32,000 nucleotides of DNA from Candidatus Fokinia solitaria (GTDB lineage Bacteria > Pseudomonadota > Alphaproteobacteria > Rickettsiales > Midichloriaceae). Location: positions 240,001-272,000 of the forward strand of contig NZ_CP025989.1 of assembly GCF_003072485.1 (NCBI RefSeq), written 5' to 3'. Positions within the stretch are counted from its first letter, which is position 1. Each line of letters starts with the position of its first letter. The notes beneath the pieces were generated by a model. It was given only the letters and a program-made list of their open reading frames with translations, was not told the origin of the DNA and searched no databases. Shown piece after piece: positions 7,330-16,607 of the stretch. A program made the position numbers and the translations under genes.

Positions 7330-9828
7330 ATGCAGAATAGCTTCTATAAGGTAGTTGCATTGATTGCGTTGTGTAGTATGCTTTCGATACTGTATTTTGG
7401 CTTTTCTGTTGACTTTATTGTAGTAAGAGAATCGATATATGAATCAATTGAGAAACGAGGATACAAGATTGCGGCGAGTGATCTACAGCTGTTTATTTCA
7501 TATTTTCCAGAAATAAGATTTTCAAATGCTCTACTATACGACAGTAAAAGTGAAAAAATTGTCACTGCTAAAGAAATACGTATTCAGTACAACATTTTTA
7601 CTTTTCTTGCCTCTATCTTTAATGAGCAAAAATATAAAATTACCATAACAGATGGCGATTTATATCTTAATTCTATCGTTAAAGAATTGCCTTCTACTGA
7701 GAATGTAGAGTTGCATAATGTGAAATTGATATATAGTTCATCTGATAAATTTCCCGATATTACAGTGCTTGATGGATATCAAAATGCTCACGACTTTCAG
7801 TATGAAGGAGAGATTCGCATGAAATCCGATCATGGCAAGTATAGTTTTTCTCTGACATTTGCTGATCAGAACATAGATATAACTCTAGCGAGTATGAAAA
7901 TTAGTTTTAAGAAGCATAATAAAAAGGATTTTGTGGAGATGATAATTTCCGATAAAGGTGAAGAAATAATGAAATATTTACTGAAATTTCAAAATAGTAA
8001 TGATGAAGCGTATATCAATCTTATGAAGATAAACAGCAAATCGCACGAATATTTATACGAAGAATGGGAAAATTTCCTACATGTTGATTTTAAAGAGAAT
8101 ATGATATTATCAAACTTGTCATTGCCGATAGAATTTCCTAATAATATCGATCTTGAAGAGATCTATAAAAATAGAGAATGGATACAGTTACTGAATGATT
8201 TTATATCGAATGCAGTACTGACAATGGCTGTAAAAGCAAGTATGGATTTACAATTTGTAGATGAAAAAGATGGTGCTACTTTAAGTGTTAATGTACTTTC
8301 TGACGAGCGTGGTAGCGCTTATAGTGCATCTTTTGATTCTAAAGACATTGCTCTTCATTCCGGTGGTTACGGATTCGAAGATGTTGATGGCATTGGCATA
8401 GCATTCGTCAATTCTAATCTTACATATAAGCTTGATAACGCTACATCGAATTGTAATATTTCCATTTTTCCATCATTTTTGTATTTATCCAATATCATTA
8501 TTGATGATAAGAATGCTAATACCTTTCGCACTCATATTGTAGCGCATCAAGGATGGAGAGGAGATGCAGAGTGGCTTATTGTGCATTCTACAGATAAGTT
8601 AATGCTTTCTTTGCAACACGATATTCTATCTGATTTTTTCTCATGCGCATATCTTACGGATTATGATACAACTGGTGAAACTTTCGCGCAGAAATGCCAA
8701 TATCTGCAACTCTTAAGAGATGTAAAAGATCAGATACATTTTTATTTAATTGCAGATCATGTGACGTTACAGCAATCGGAAGATAACGGCATATTATTGC
8801 ATGTGATTGCAGAAAAAGATGGCATTTCGGGAGAATTTTCACAATTAAGTGAAGAGCGTGAACTTTTAAGTACTATGAATTTTGCAATTTCTGTTGCTAA
8901 ATATAGACCTAGTTTTGCTTTAAATGGAGATATTAAATATGTAAATCTCAATTTTATACCTTCTACTCTGTCGAAGTTTCTAGCTGATGCGAGTAGTTAT
9001 AAAAAGCTTTCTCCGGAAGTAATTGCTTTATCCAAAGATATAGATGCTGATGACGTAATACATTTGATGAATGTCGGATTTTTCGATCATCAAATAGATA
9101 TAAATTGCGATTCCGTCACTGGATGGTTTTTAGGTGATAACAGAATAAATAACGTAGTAATGCAATCTCAAAATGATGAGGGCATTATAACAATTCGTAA
9201 TTTACGTGGTAACTTTGATAATGGCGATTTCGATCTACAGGCTAATATTAGTTTAGCGCGAGACTTACCTCGTTATGAAATAGCTTTCGGAATATCGAAT
9301 ATTGATCCGTCGATTATATCACGATTTTTATTAGATGATAATACGGTAGTAGATGGCTTTATCAGCATTAACGGACTTATTAAAACTGAAGGGTTATATA
9401 AGCCATCATTTTATCGTGGTTTATCTGGACAAGTAACGATGCAAGGAAAAGCGATATCGATATATAATTTGGATATATTATCTTTTATTAAATACGTTAA
9501 TAGTATTACTGCTGCAAATTTTGATAAAGACAAAGCGATTCAGTTGCTAAATCGAAATAAGACGTATTTTGAAGACGCTAGTTGTACTATAGAGATTGAC
9601 AACGGTATAGGTATTGTTACTGATGGCGCTGTGCACGCAAACGGTATTAGCGGCTCTTATGCTGTTACTTGGGCATTATGGGAGAAAATGCTTAAATTAC
9701 AATGGCAATTCTCTTTTATTAATAACAAAGCAAAACCAGTATACTTACCGTTAGAAATTGAAGGTAAGATACCAGTCTTTAGTATATATTACGACTTTCG
9801 CCGTATCTTCATAGATAGCAGTCAATGA
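7330..9828 (+). CDS. Large envelope protein, AsmA-family-like (N-terminal anchor, AsmA-like C-terminal region)
   Basis: There is a single N-terminal TM (VVALIALCSMLSILYFGFSV). The long soluble body is rich in beta-type repeats. The C-terminal segment ITIRNLRGNFDNGDFDLQANISL...VDGFISINGLIKTEG...LSGQVTMQGKAISIYNLDI resembles the AsmA C-terminal domain pattern. The assignment is by pattern only. Confidence 0.5.
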   Translation: MQNSFYKVVALIALCSMLSILYFGFSVDFIVVRESIYESIEKRGYKIAASDLQLFISYFPEIRFSNALLYDSKSEKIVTAKEIRIQYNIFTFLASIFNEQKYKITITDGDLYLNSIVKELPSTENVELHNVKLIYSSSDKFPDITVLDGYQNAHDFQYEGEIRMKSDHGKYSFSLTFADQNIDITLASMKISFKKHNKKDFVEMIISDKGEEIMKYLLKFQNSNDEAYINLMKINSKSHEYLYEEWENFLHVDFKENMILSNLSLPIEFPNNIDLEEIYKNREWIQLLNDFISNAVLTMAVKASMDLQFVDEKDGATLSVNVLSDERGSAYSASFDSKDIALHSGGYGFEDVDGIGIAFVNSNLTYKLDNATSNCNISIFPSFLYLSNIIIDDKNANTFRTHIVAHQGWRGDAEWLIVHSTDKLMLSLQHDILSDFFSCAYLTDYDTTGETFAQKCQYLQLLRDVKDQIHFYLIADHVTLQQSEDNGILLHVIAEKDGISGEFSQLSEERELLSTMNFAISVAKYRPSFALNGDIKYVNLNFIPSTLSKFLADASSYKKLSPEVIALSKDIDADDVIHLMNVGFFDHQIDINCDSVTGWFLGDNRINNVVMQSQNDEGIITIRNLRGNFDNGDFDLQANISLARDLPRYEIAFGISNIDPSIISRFLLDDNTVVDGFISINGLIKTEGLYKPSFYRGLSGQVTMQGKAISIYNLDILSFIKYVNSITAANFDKDKAIQLLNRNKTYFEDASCTIEIDNGIGIVTDGAVHANGISGSYAVTWALWEKMLKLQWQFSFINNKAKPVYLPLEIEGKIPVFSIYYDFRRIFIDSSQ

Positions 9829-9841
9829 AAAGATAGTACAA

Positions 9842-11260
9842 TTATTTAGCTTTTGTTGTGCTGAGATATTGTAAGTATGCTAGTGCACACGATGCTTTTC
9901 TAGATACTACATCTCCTTCTGCTCTGCTTGTTATGACGATGGGAATTTTAGCGCCAAGTACAATACCTATACTTTTTGCATCAGATAAGAAACTCATTTG
10001 TTTGAATAATATATTGCCGGATTCTATATCAGGTACTACGAATATATCTGCATCTCCCGCTACATCACTTTTTATGCCTTTTATAATTGCCGCTTCTTTA
10101 GAGATAGCATTATCAAAAGCTAATGGTCCGTCCACGATAGCATTTTTGATTTGTCCACGTTGCGACATTTTAGAGAGTATTGTCGCGTCTATTGTGGATT
10201 GCATTTTCATGTTTACAGTCTCTACTGCTGAGAGTATAGCAACTTTTGGCGTTCGAACGAATAATGTAATATACAGATCTACTGCATTTTGTACGATATC
10301 TACTTTTGCATTAAGATCAGGGGCGATGTTTACTACCGCATCTGTGATGAAAATAGGCTTCCGATAATTTGGAGTGCCCATAATAAATACGTGAGATACC
10401 TTTCTTGAAGTTCTGAGGTTATTTTCTTTTTCTAAAATTGCATGTAAAACATCATCGGTATGTATATTACCTTTTATGATGCAATTTATGCGCTGTTCTT
10501 TTGCTAAAAAAGCTCCTTTTGCAGCTGCTTCCTCATGTGTTTTTGCATCCATTATTTCTATGTCGCTTATATCAAGTTGCTTAGACTGTGCAACATCGAG
10601 AATCTTCTCTTTAGGGCCAATTAGTATAGGCTCTATAATACCATCTTTTTTCCCTTCATATGCTAATTCTAAGGATATATAATCCGTTGGAAAGATAATG
10701 GCTGAAGGCATTGGCTTTGTCGCTATTTTAGAAAGGCGTTCAAGCATTACTTCATATCCTTTTCCGAGTTTATCTTCTAACAATCTCAATTTAGGGAAAT
10801 TATGGATATTTTTCTCTATTGGTCGTGGCGGCAACGTCACAACAAGAGTGCCGTTACAGATTGCTATGTTATTGACGTAACCTGCAGTTTCGATCTTTAT
10901 TTCTCCAGTAGTATTATCAATGTCTTGTATAGTATATTCTACCTTGATTTTATCTCCTATTTTTATGCCGCAGACATTCTGTAGCCATTTAAAAGAAGTA
11001 GATTTATAGTTCAAACTTGCGCCAAAAATTTTTGTCTCAATATTTGAAAAAATGTATTGTAAGAATGTCAGATATACATATACAGAGGATATCTGTGAAT
11101 CGTAGGAAGCTGTTACGGGAGATATAAACGTCCAGTCCTTAGCATCTCCAAAAAGATGTGTGAGTATATTGATATCATTTTCATCTACAAGTTTCTCTTC
11201 TATCTTTTGCATGCCAAGTTTGCACTTTTCTATGGATAGCAGTTTACTATCATGTGGCAT
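9842..11260 (-). CDS. Bifunctional MaoC-like (hotdog) dehydratase / phosphate acetyl- or butyryl-transferase (PTA_PTB domain)
   Basis: The N-terminal part resembles a hotdog fold (GDKIKVEYTIQDIDNTTGEIKIETAGYVNNIAICNGTLVV). The C-terminal part is a PTA_PTB domain (IIFPTDYISLELAYEGKKDGIIEPILIGPKEKI, SHVFIM..P.YRKPIFITDAVVNIAPDL, VLGAKIPIVITSRA). Confidence 0.8.
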   Translation of the reverse strand: MPHDSKLLSIEKCKLGMQKIEEKLVDENDINILTHLFGDAKDWTFISPVTASYDSQISSVYVYLTFLQYIFSNIETKIFGASLNYKSTSFKWLQNVCGIKIGDKIKVEYTIQDIDNTTGEIKIETAGYVNNIAICNGTLVVTLPPRPIEKNIHNFPKLRLLEDKLGKGYEVMLERLSKIATKPMPSAIIFPTDYISLELAYEGKKDGIIEPILIGPKEKILDVAQSKQLDISDIEIMDAKTHEEAAAKGAFLAKEQRINCIIKGNIHTDDVLHAILEKENNLRTSRKVSHVFIMGTPNYRKPIFITDAVVNIAPDLNAKVDIVQNAVDLYITLFVRTPKVAILSAVETVNMKMQSTIDATILSKMSQRGQIKNAIVDGPLAFDNAISKEAAIIKGIKSDVAGDADIFVVPDIESGNILFKQMSFLSDAKSIGIVLGAKIPIVITSRAEGDVVSRKASCALAYLQYLSTTKAK

Positions 11261-11321
11261 TTTGAGTGTATATTCATACTTTCTACAAAAGTTATCTTAT
11301 GTAATAAATTTTTACAAGATG

Positions 11322-11846
11322 TTATCGATTTACTATCGCATTATAGATCTTAGAACATACTGTTTCGATATTTAGTTTGAAAATTTTATTTAAGATTGCG
11401 CTCTGTAAATTTACATTCATAGTGAAAGATACAGTAGTTGTATTTTCATCTCTTTTTTTCAATTTCCAACTTCCATTCATAGTGTGAAATAGCGAATCGT
11501 CGGATTGAATTTTCATTTCTATGAAAGATAAATGATGAGAATAACGATCTTCCATCTCTCTTATTCTATGCAAATTACATGCAACTTCCTGTAGTTGGAT
11601 ATTGCACATATTAGCATCAGTATAAAAAAAACATGTTACGCGTGACGTAAAGCTTTTATGGAAGATTTTCCACTTAAAATATACTGTACCGATAAATTCA
11701 CCATTCTTCGATTTATCAGATCTTTTATAGATTACTCTAGAGCAATACGGTATAAAATTTGAGTAATCCTCTATATTAGCGATTTTTTGAAAAATTGAGA
11801 AAATCTTATCTGATACATCTTTTTCCATAAATATAACATGCTTCAT
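11322..11846 (-). CDS. SRPBCC/START-domain protein (COQ10 / RatA family)
   Basis: 174 aa. The N-terminal block IANIEDYSNFIPYCSRVIY matches the V.dv..Y..F.P.C motif of the COQ10/RatA polyketide-cyclase-like family. Confidence 0.65.
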   Translation of the reverse strand: MKHVIFMEKDVSDKIFSIFQKIANIEDYSNFIPYCSRVIYKRSDKSKNGEFIGTVYFKWKIFHKSFTSRVTCFFYTDANMCNIQLQEVACNLHRIREMEDRYSHHLSFIEMKIQSDDSLFHTMNGSWKLKKRDENTTTVSFTMNVNLQSAILNKIFKLNIETVCSKIYNAIVNR

Positions 11847-11911
11847 ATGTGAGCTATAATCAATTTTCTGAATAATATGTCGATGTTTTATTTTTTCACG
11901 TACTCTTCATA

Positions 11912-12514
11912 ATGAAGTTGAATTTTATAAGCGGTTACGATGCTTTACAATTCATAGAAGAGAAAATCGCTTCAAAAAAGACATACGTAATAAGCGGCAT
12001 TGATAACGGCGCAAAGAAGATCGGACTTGCGCGATTCATAAGTGTCACTGGAAATGTGGTACCATATGGCGCATTGTATAACAACAATGAAGTATCGCAA
12101 AAAATTACACATTTCATCAAAGAATCTATGCCAATTTGTTGCGTTATTGGAGTATGGTGTCCTAATGATGATAATACCGATAATACTGTTCGCTTGCATT
12201 CAAAGATATCGTGGAAACAGCTTCCAGAGATGACAAAAAAGCTTTTATGCGATATGCAAAAATTATCATGCGATGCAGAAGAGTTGAATGCTTTATACAG
12301 TTCTACGGAGAATTTATACACAATGAATAAACAACATCATGATAGCATTAACGTGACTTTTTTTGATGAAAGTATGACTACCGTATTAGCTAATCATAAA
12401 CTTAAAGACGTAGGATTATGTAGAAAAAAAAGAATACTATTGGACGATCAAATTGCTGCTATGGAGTTGTTAGAAAGGTTTGTATCGTTTTTCAAATTAC
12501 GCTCAAAAGTATAA
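11912..12514 (+). CDS. ruvX: YqgF/RuvX-type putative pre-16S rRNA nuclease (Holliday-junction-resolvase-like), with an internal insertion
   Basis: N-terminal ISGIDNGAKKIGLA, mid VIGVWCPNDD, and C-terminal FFDESMTTVLANHKLKDVGLCRKKRILLDDQIAAMELLERF correspond to the conserved YqgF blocks (G.D.G...iG.A; vvG.P...dG; DER.tT..A...l......k.r...iD..AA..iLq.). The protein is about 50 aa longer than typical family members. Confidence 0.7.
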   Translation: MKLNFISGYDALQFIEEKIASKKTYVISGIDNGAKKIGLARFISVTGNVVPYGALYNNNEVSQKITHFIKESMPICCVIGVWCPNDDNTDNTVRLHSKISWKQLPEMTKKLLCDMQKLSCDAEELNALYSSTENLYTMNKQHHDSINVTFFDESMTTVLANHKLKDVGLCRKKRILLDDQIAAMELLERFVSFFKLRSKV

Positions 12515-12594
12515 ACTGCAGTGCAAACATATTTTGTAAATGTATTGATTGCTTATATTTTAGAAGTTATCCTAATACGGATATTAATTTTATT

Positions 12595-12792
12595 GTGGTG
12601 TGCATGGATATTATAGCGAGAAAAATTATAATGTTGTCCTTTTGTATTCTTTTAGGTGCAGTTCTTTGTGTTGGATGTAGTCAAGCTGGAGATCTAAGAA
12701 GTCCTTGCGCTGTAGGAGATACGATGTTTGGCATAGCTCATCATGTACCATGCATTAAAAGAGATGTAGAGATGAACGTTTACTTTATGTAA
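12595..12792 (+). CDS. Small predicted lipoprotein (possibly LptM/YifL-like)
   Basis: Signal peptide plus lipobox: MLSFCILLGAVLCVG-C. After the lipidated Cys comes SQAGDLRSP, which resembles the GC..KG.L..P pattern of small LptM-type lipoproteins. The listed start is GTG; ATG alternatives exist at 12604 and 12631. Confidence 0.4.
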   Translation: MVCMDIIARKIIMLSFCILLGAVLCVGCSQAGDLRSPCAVGDTMFGIAHHVPCIKRDVEMNVYFM

Positions 12793-12810
12793 ATGTAATA
12801 CGCTTATTTA

Positions 12811-13887
12811 TTGATGAAATTAAAAGCGCTAATAGAAGAAAGAAACTGCTTAGTGCTGTTGCTCGCAGTATGTGGATTCGTAATCGCTAATCTCTGTCAT
12901 GATTTATACGAGAGAATCGTGAATGATATGCATATAGGACATGCTAGCGGTCATTTCTTGATGCCTGTGTACTTTATGCTAATTGGCATCGAGATGCGGA
13001 AAGAGATGGCTGTTGGTGGTATTCTTAGCTCTCGTCTCCGTATGGTATTTCCTCTTGTAATGGCTATCAGTGGCGTATTGCTTCCTGCTGTGATATATGC
13101 GACTGCAGCTTTCTTTATAAATATTAACGTGATCAACGGATGGGCAATACCTACTGCTACTGATATAGCATTTGCTACAACGATCTCCTTAGTACTGCAA
13201 GGGTTACGGAAAAATTCTAGAAAAATTCTTACAGCTATAGCGATATTTGACGATCTGATAGCTGTGCTTGTAGTTGCGATTTTTTACTCTAGTACGATAG
13301 AGGTGGGATATCTGCCATATATTATTATTTTAGCATGCTTTGCAAGTGTATTAAGTAAGTATATGAGTAATTTTACTGTATTATGGTTACTGTTATTCGG
13401 AGTACCTTTGTTTTGGCTAACATGGAAAAGTGGTATACACAGTACAGTTTGCGGATTTCTGATAGGTGTTTTAATGCCCTTTGACAAGAAAGCACATAGT
13501 ATCGAGAGGTTTCTACAACTTTCTGTGACATATGTGATACTCCCGCTTTTTGCGCTATGTAATACTGGTATTACGGTAAGCGTTGGAGAGCATTATGATG
13601 TTTTATGTATTACTTTTATTGCATTAATCTTAGGAAAGAATATAGGTATTTCTGCATCCGGACTGTTGATGTTGAAGCGGTACGACATAGGGTATGCAAT
13701 TAGTCGAAGTGATATTGTAATGATAGGAGCATTTTGCGGTATAGGATTTACCATGGGACTCTTTATTGCCACTCTTTCATTTGATGATATCAGCATACAA
13801 GACAGCGCGAAAGCAGGCGTAATACTTGGCTCTATTGCATCGGCTGCTGTATGCACTATAATATCGAAGTTAAAAAAGAAACATTAA
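12811..13887 (+). CDS. nhaA: Na+/H+ antiporter NhaA
   Basis: Polytopic membrane protein with NhaA blocks: FMLIGIEMRKE, GWAIPTATDIAFA, and AIFDDLIAVLVVAIFY (the DD catalytic pair). 12811 is TTG; the ATG at 12814 is the more likely start. Confidence 0.85.
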   Translation: MMKLKALIEERNCLVLLLAVCGFVIANLCHDLYERIVNDMHIGHASGHFLMPVYFMLIGIEMRKEMAVGGILSSRLRMVFPLVMAISGVLLPAVIYATAAFFININVINGWAIPTATDIAFATTISLVLQGLRKNSRKILTAIAIFDDLIAVLVVAIFYSSTIEVGYLPYIIILACFASVLSKYMSNFTVLWLLLFGVPLFWLTWKSGIHSTVCGFLIGVLMPFDKKAHSIERFLQLSVTYVILPLFALCNTGITVSVGEHYDVLCITFIALILGKNIGISASGLLMLKRYDIGYAISRSDIVMIGAFCGIGFTMGLFIATLSFDDISIQDSAKAGVILGSIASAAVCTIISKLKKKH

Positions 13888-13892
13888 TCTTT

Positions 13893-14387
13893 CTATTCAC
13901 TTTTACCATTATTGCTTGTATCAGCGCTTTCATCTGTCTTTGCGTTATCAATACCGAAGATGTATTTACCGACTAACGATTCGATATTAACAGGAGGTTG
14001 AGTCCATTCAAACTTACCATCATCAGCAAGGTACTGATTACTGCTTCCTATGTTTAGATTAACATACTTATTTCCTATCAGTGAATCGCTTATAATTTCA
14101 GCTACTGAATCTGACGGTACTCTGATATTGCCTATAATTTCTATTTTCAATAGAGCAAGATAGTCTTCGTTGATGGAGATTTCACTTACTTTGCCTACTT
14201 TTACTCCTGCAATCTTCACGTCGCTTCCTACTTTTATTCCATCCACTCTTTCGAATTCAGCACGTAACGTATACTTAGATGTTTCCAGCATGGTAGTGTC
14301 ATGCTTAAATATCATGATGAGAGCGAATACGGTTAATGCCATTACTATAATTCCTATAGCAACATCAATAGACCTAGTATTATACAT
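13893..14387 (-). CDS. mlaD: MlaD / MCE-domain lipid-asymmetry maintenance protein
   Basis: N-terminal TM anchor followed by an MCE domain: YTLRAEFERVDGIKVGSDVKIAGVKVGKVSEISI...ALLKIEI. It starts immediately after the nuoE stop. Confidence 0.8.
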   Translation of the reverse strand: MYNTRSIDVAIGIIVMALTVFALIMIFKHDTTMLETSKYTLRAEFERVDGIKVGSDVKIAGVKVGKVSEISINEDYLALLKIEIIGNIRVPSDSVAEIISDSLIGNKYVNLNIGSSNQYLADDGKFEWTQPPVNIESLVGKYIFGIDNAKTDESADTSNNGKSE

Positions 14388-14900
14388 TTAAATGGTAAGA
14401 TTATTATTTTTTTGCAATTCTTTTAATATTTCTACTGTCCTATTGTAATCCAAGTGTTCATAGTAATGATCGTTTATCATTATTACAGGAGCGTTGATGC
14501 AACTGCCAAGACATTCGACTTCTACGACGGTAAACAACTCATCTTCCGATGTTTCACCTACTCCTATGCTTATTGTATCACGTATAGCATCGTAGATCAC
14601 CTGATTTCGACATAATGCACATACTACAGTTCTGCATATTTGTATAAGATACTTGCCAATCTTCTTAGAATGAAACATCGAATAAAATTCGGCAATCTCC
14701 TTCACATGAGAGACATTCATATGTAGTATTTCAGCGACTTGATCTAAAACTGCATCAGATATCCAATTATTATTTTGCTGTTGTCCAAGCCATAGCAAAG
14801 GCATTACTGCACTTCTTTGTTTTCCTTGAGGATATCTTGCTATTATTTTTCGAACAGCTTCCATATCGCTAAAGGAAAACTTTTCGCACTTGTCCTCCAT
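14388..14900 (-). CDS. nuoE: NADH-quinone oxidoreductase subunit E (24-kDa subunit)
   Basis: IIARYPQGKQRSAVMPLLWLGQQQ, AEFYSMF, the 2Fe-2S cysteines in QICRTVVCALC and EVECLGSCINAPV, and MINDHYYEHL. Confidence 0.9.
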   Translation of the reverse strand: MEDKCEKFSFSDMEAVRKIIARYPQGKQRSAVMPLLWLGQQQNNNWISDAVLDQVAEILHMNVSHVKEIAEFYSMFHSKKIGKYLIQICRTVVCALCRNQVIYDAIRDTISIGVGETSEDELFTVVEVECLGSCINAPVIMINDHYYEHLDYNRTVEILKELQKNNNLTI

Positions 14901-14908
14901 AATACTGA

Positions 14909-15508
14909 TTAAGATTTTGCTAGTTGTGCTTTTGCTGCAAGTATTTTACTTGCGATGCTTTTATCTATAAGTAGAAAGTTAGATTCAATTCTAAAACCGC
15001 CCATCATAGAATCATCTATAAGAAAAGTAGGTATGATTGAATTATTACATACCATTTGAGAAAAGTTTTTTATAAGGTGTGTTTTTACATCATCGCTTAT
15101 TACTCTTGCTGTAAAGATCGTAGCCTTCCTAAGATTTGCAAGTTTATGGAAGCTATCTATCGTGAGTTGGATAAAATGAGACATAAAAGAAAGCATTTTC
15201 CTTGCTACGAGTAAAGCGATAAAATCCTTCATCTCTTTTAGAAACTGACGTTCTGCATCATTCAACTTACTCTCATTACTAGAAAGATGACGTATAACAA
15301 GTTCGCCGACATTTTTTTGCACTTCTTTAGGTGCATGAATCGCTAAAAATCCACCACTGAGATAAATGCTGGAATGCGTTACATCTAGGATATTGTGGAG
15401 GAAGTGCAGCGCATTCGTGATGTCATTTTTCTGCAAATCAAATGTATTATTGCAAAAAACGTCACTTAATTTCTTCACATATGAAGGAACGGAACAAAGC
15501 GAACTCAT
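14909..15508 (-). CDS. atpH: F-type ATP synthase delta (OSCP) subunit
   Basis: The size (199 aa) and helical N-terminal half fit. The C-terminal block ...LIDDSMMGGFRIESNFLLIDKSIASKIL is typical of subunit delta (.D.sliGG..i..g....D.S....L). Confidence 0.7.
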   Translation of the reverse strand: MSSLCSVPSYVKKLSDVFCNNTFDLQKNDITNALHFLHNILDVTHSSIYLSGGFLAIHAPKEVQKNVGELVIRHLSSNESKLNDAERQFLKEMKDFIALLVARKMLSFMSHFIQLTIDSFHKLANLRKATIFTARVISDDVKTHLIKNFSQMVCNNSIIPTFLIDDSMMGGFRIESNFLLIDKSIASKILAAKAQLAKS

Positions 15509-15515
15509 CGCAGTA

Positions 15516-16061
15516 TTATTTAGCTGTAGAAATGCTAAAGTGAGAGTAAACTAAAATTACCCCTAAAACAATAGCTACATCAGCTAAATTGAAAGCGGGA
15601 TAATGATACTGATCGACGTATATATCTATGAAGTCTAACACGTACCCTCTTACTACTCTATCGTACGTATTACCGATTGCGCCTCCTACTATTAAACCTA
15701 TTCCAACGCGCGAAGCAATGTCATGCATCGAGATACTCCATGCGAATAACACGAAAGTTATCAGCAGTTGTAGTATGATAAATGGAGTTTGGTTATGAAA
15801 GAGAGAACTAAAGAAGCCGAACATTACTCCATGATTCTGAACGTTTACAATGTTGACGAAACAATCCATACCACGCACCTCAAGTGCGCCATGCGGTACA
15901 GCAACTTCGGATGCAGTCTTAGTAGTTGCGTCCAGCAAAAATGTAGAAAATGCTACAAACGCTACGAAACACGGTGCGATGCAATAACGTAACAGTACAT
16001 TGCTAATCTTCTTGCTCGTCTTCATTTTCCGATGAAAGAAGTGCATCTTCAAACTTTTCAT
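15516..16061 (-). CDS. lspA: Lipoprotein signal peptidase (signal peptidase II)
   Basis: Conserved LspA blocks are present: NHGVMFGFF, GGAIGNTYDRVVRGYVLDFI and PAFNLADVAIVLGVIL. The listed start overlaps rpoZ by 59 nt. An alternative start at MKTSKK (about 16025) still overlaps by 23 nt. Confidence 0.85.
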   Translation of the reverse strand: MKSLKMHFFHRKMKTSKKISNVLLRYCIAPCFVAFVAFSTFLLDATTKTASEVAVPHGALEVRGMDCFVNIVNVQNHGVMFGFFSSLFHNQTPFIILQLLITFVLFAWSISMHDIASRVGIGLIVGGAIGNTYDRVVRGYVLDFIDIYVDQYHYPAFNLADVAIVLGVILVYSHFSISTAK

Positions 16062-16377
16062 TAAATAAATCGTCTACCATTTCCTGTATCATGGTATCAT
16101 TACGCTTCTTCGCTATTTCTCTTTTTACATCTACGGGATCTTTCTTCTTCAGAAACCAGCGTGATTCAACTAGCTCTTGTATCATACCTTCTCGTATTTT
16201 TTCGATATCCACAAGTCCACTCTGTATTTCTGCTATCGCTATTGCCGTAGTTTTCCGTCCTTCCATTCCTGAGATTGCTGCGGGAGCGCCTCGAGAGAGT
16301 TGAGAAGCGCGGTAAGCTGCATACAGCACTACTTCGAACTGAGATAAGCTTTTCTTTGGTGTAATGGAATCACTCAT
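16003..16377 (-). CDS. rpoZ: DNA-directed RNA polymerase subunit omega
   Basis: SQFEVVLYAAYRASQLSRGAPA...KTTAIAIAEIQSGLVD matches the RpoZ core (.r.elv..aa.RA.ql..G....v......K....AL.EI..G.v). The C-terminal tail is acidic. Confidence 0.85.
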   Translation of the reverse strand: MSDSITPKKSLSQFEVVLYAAYRASQLSRGAPAAISGMEGRKTTAIAIAEIQSGLVDIEKIREGMIQELVESRWFLKKKDPVDVKREIAKKRNDTMIQEMVDDLFNEKFEDALLSSENEDEQED

Positions 16378-16607
16378 GCTGTATTGAATATCGAAAAATG
16401 TATCAGCACATCAGCAGCAACTTTAACATATACGGAGAGTAAATCAATAGATTTTTATCGTATGACATTTGAGGCGATTTCAGAAAATACCGAATGACGT
16501 AAGGTAAAGTGATTTTGTGATCAATTTTTGAAAGCTATATGATGATCTTAGTGTAGGAAATTCACGAATATATCATGAAGGAGCTTGAGAATTCTGAGAC
16601 AGATATT

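Noticed and set aside
9858-10367. 169-aa plus-strand ORF, together with similar antisense ORFs at 10476..10984, 11935..12321, 12951..13856, 14170..14391 and 28752..29057
   Set aside because: All lie entirely within, and antisense or out of frame to, well-supported conserved genes (the PTA_PTB gene, ruvX, nhaA, mlaD, fabF). Their products are low-complexity with no motifs.
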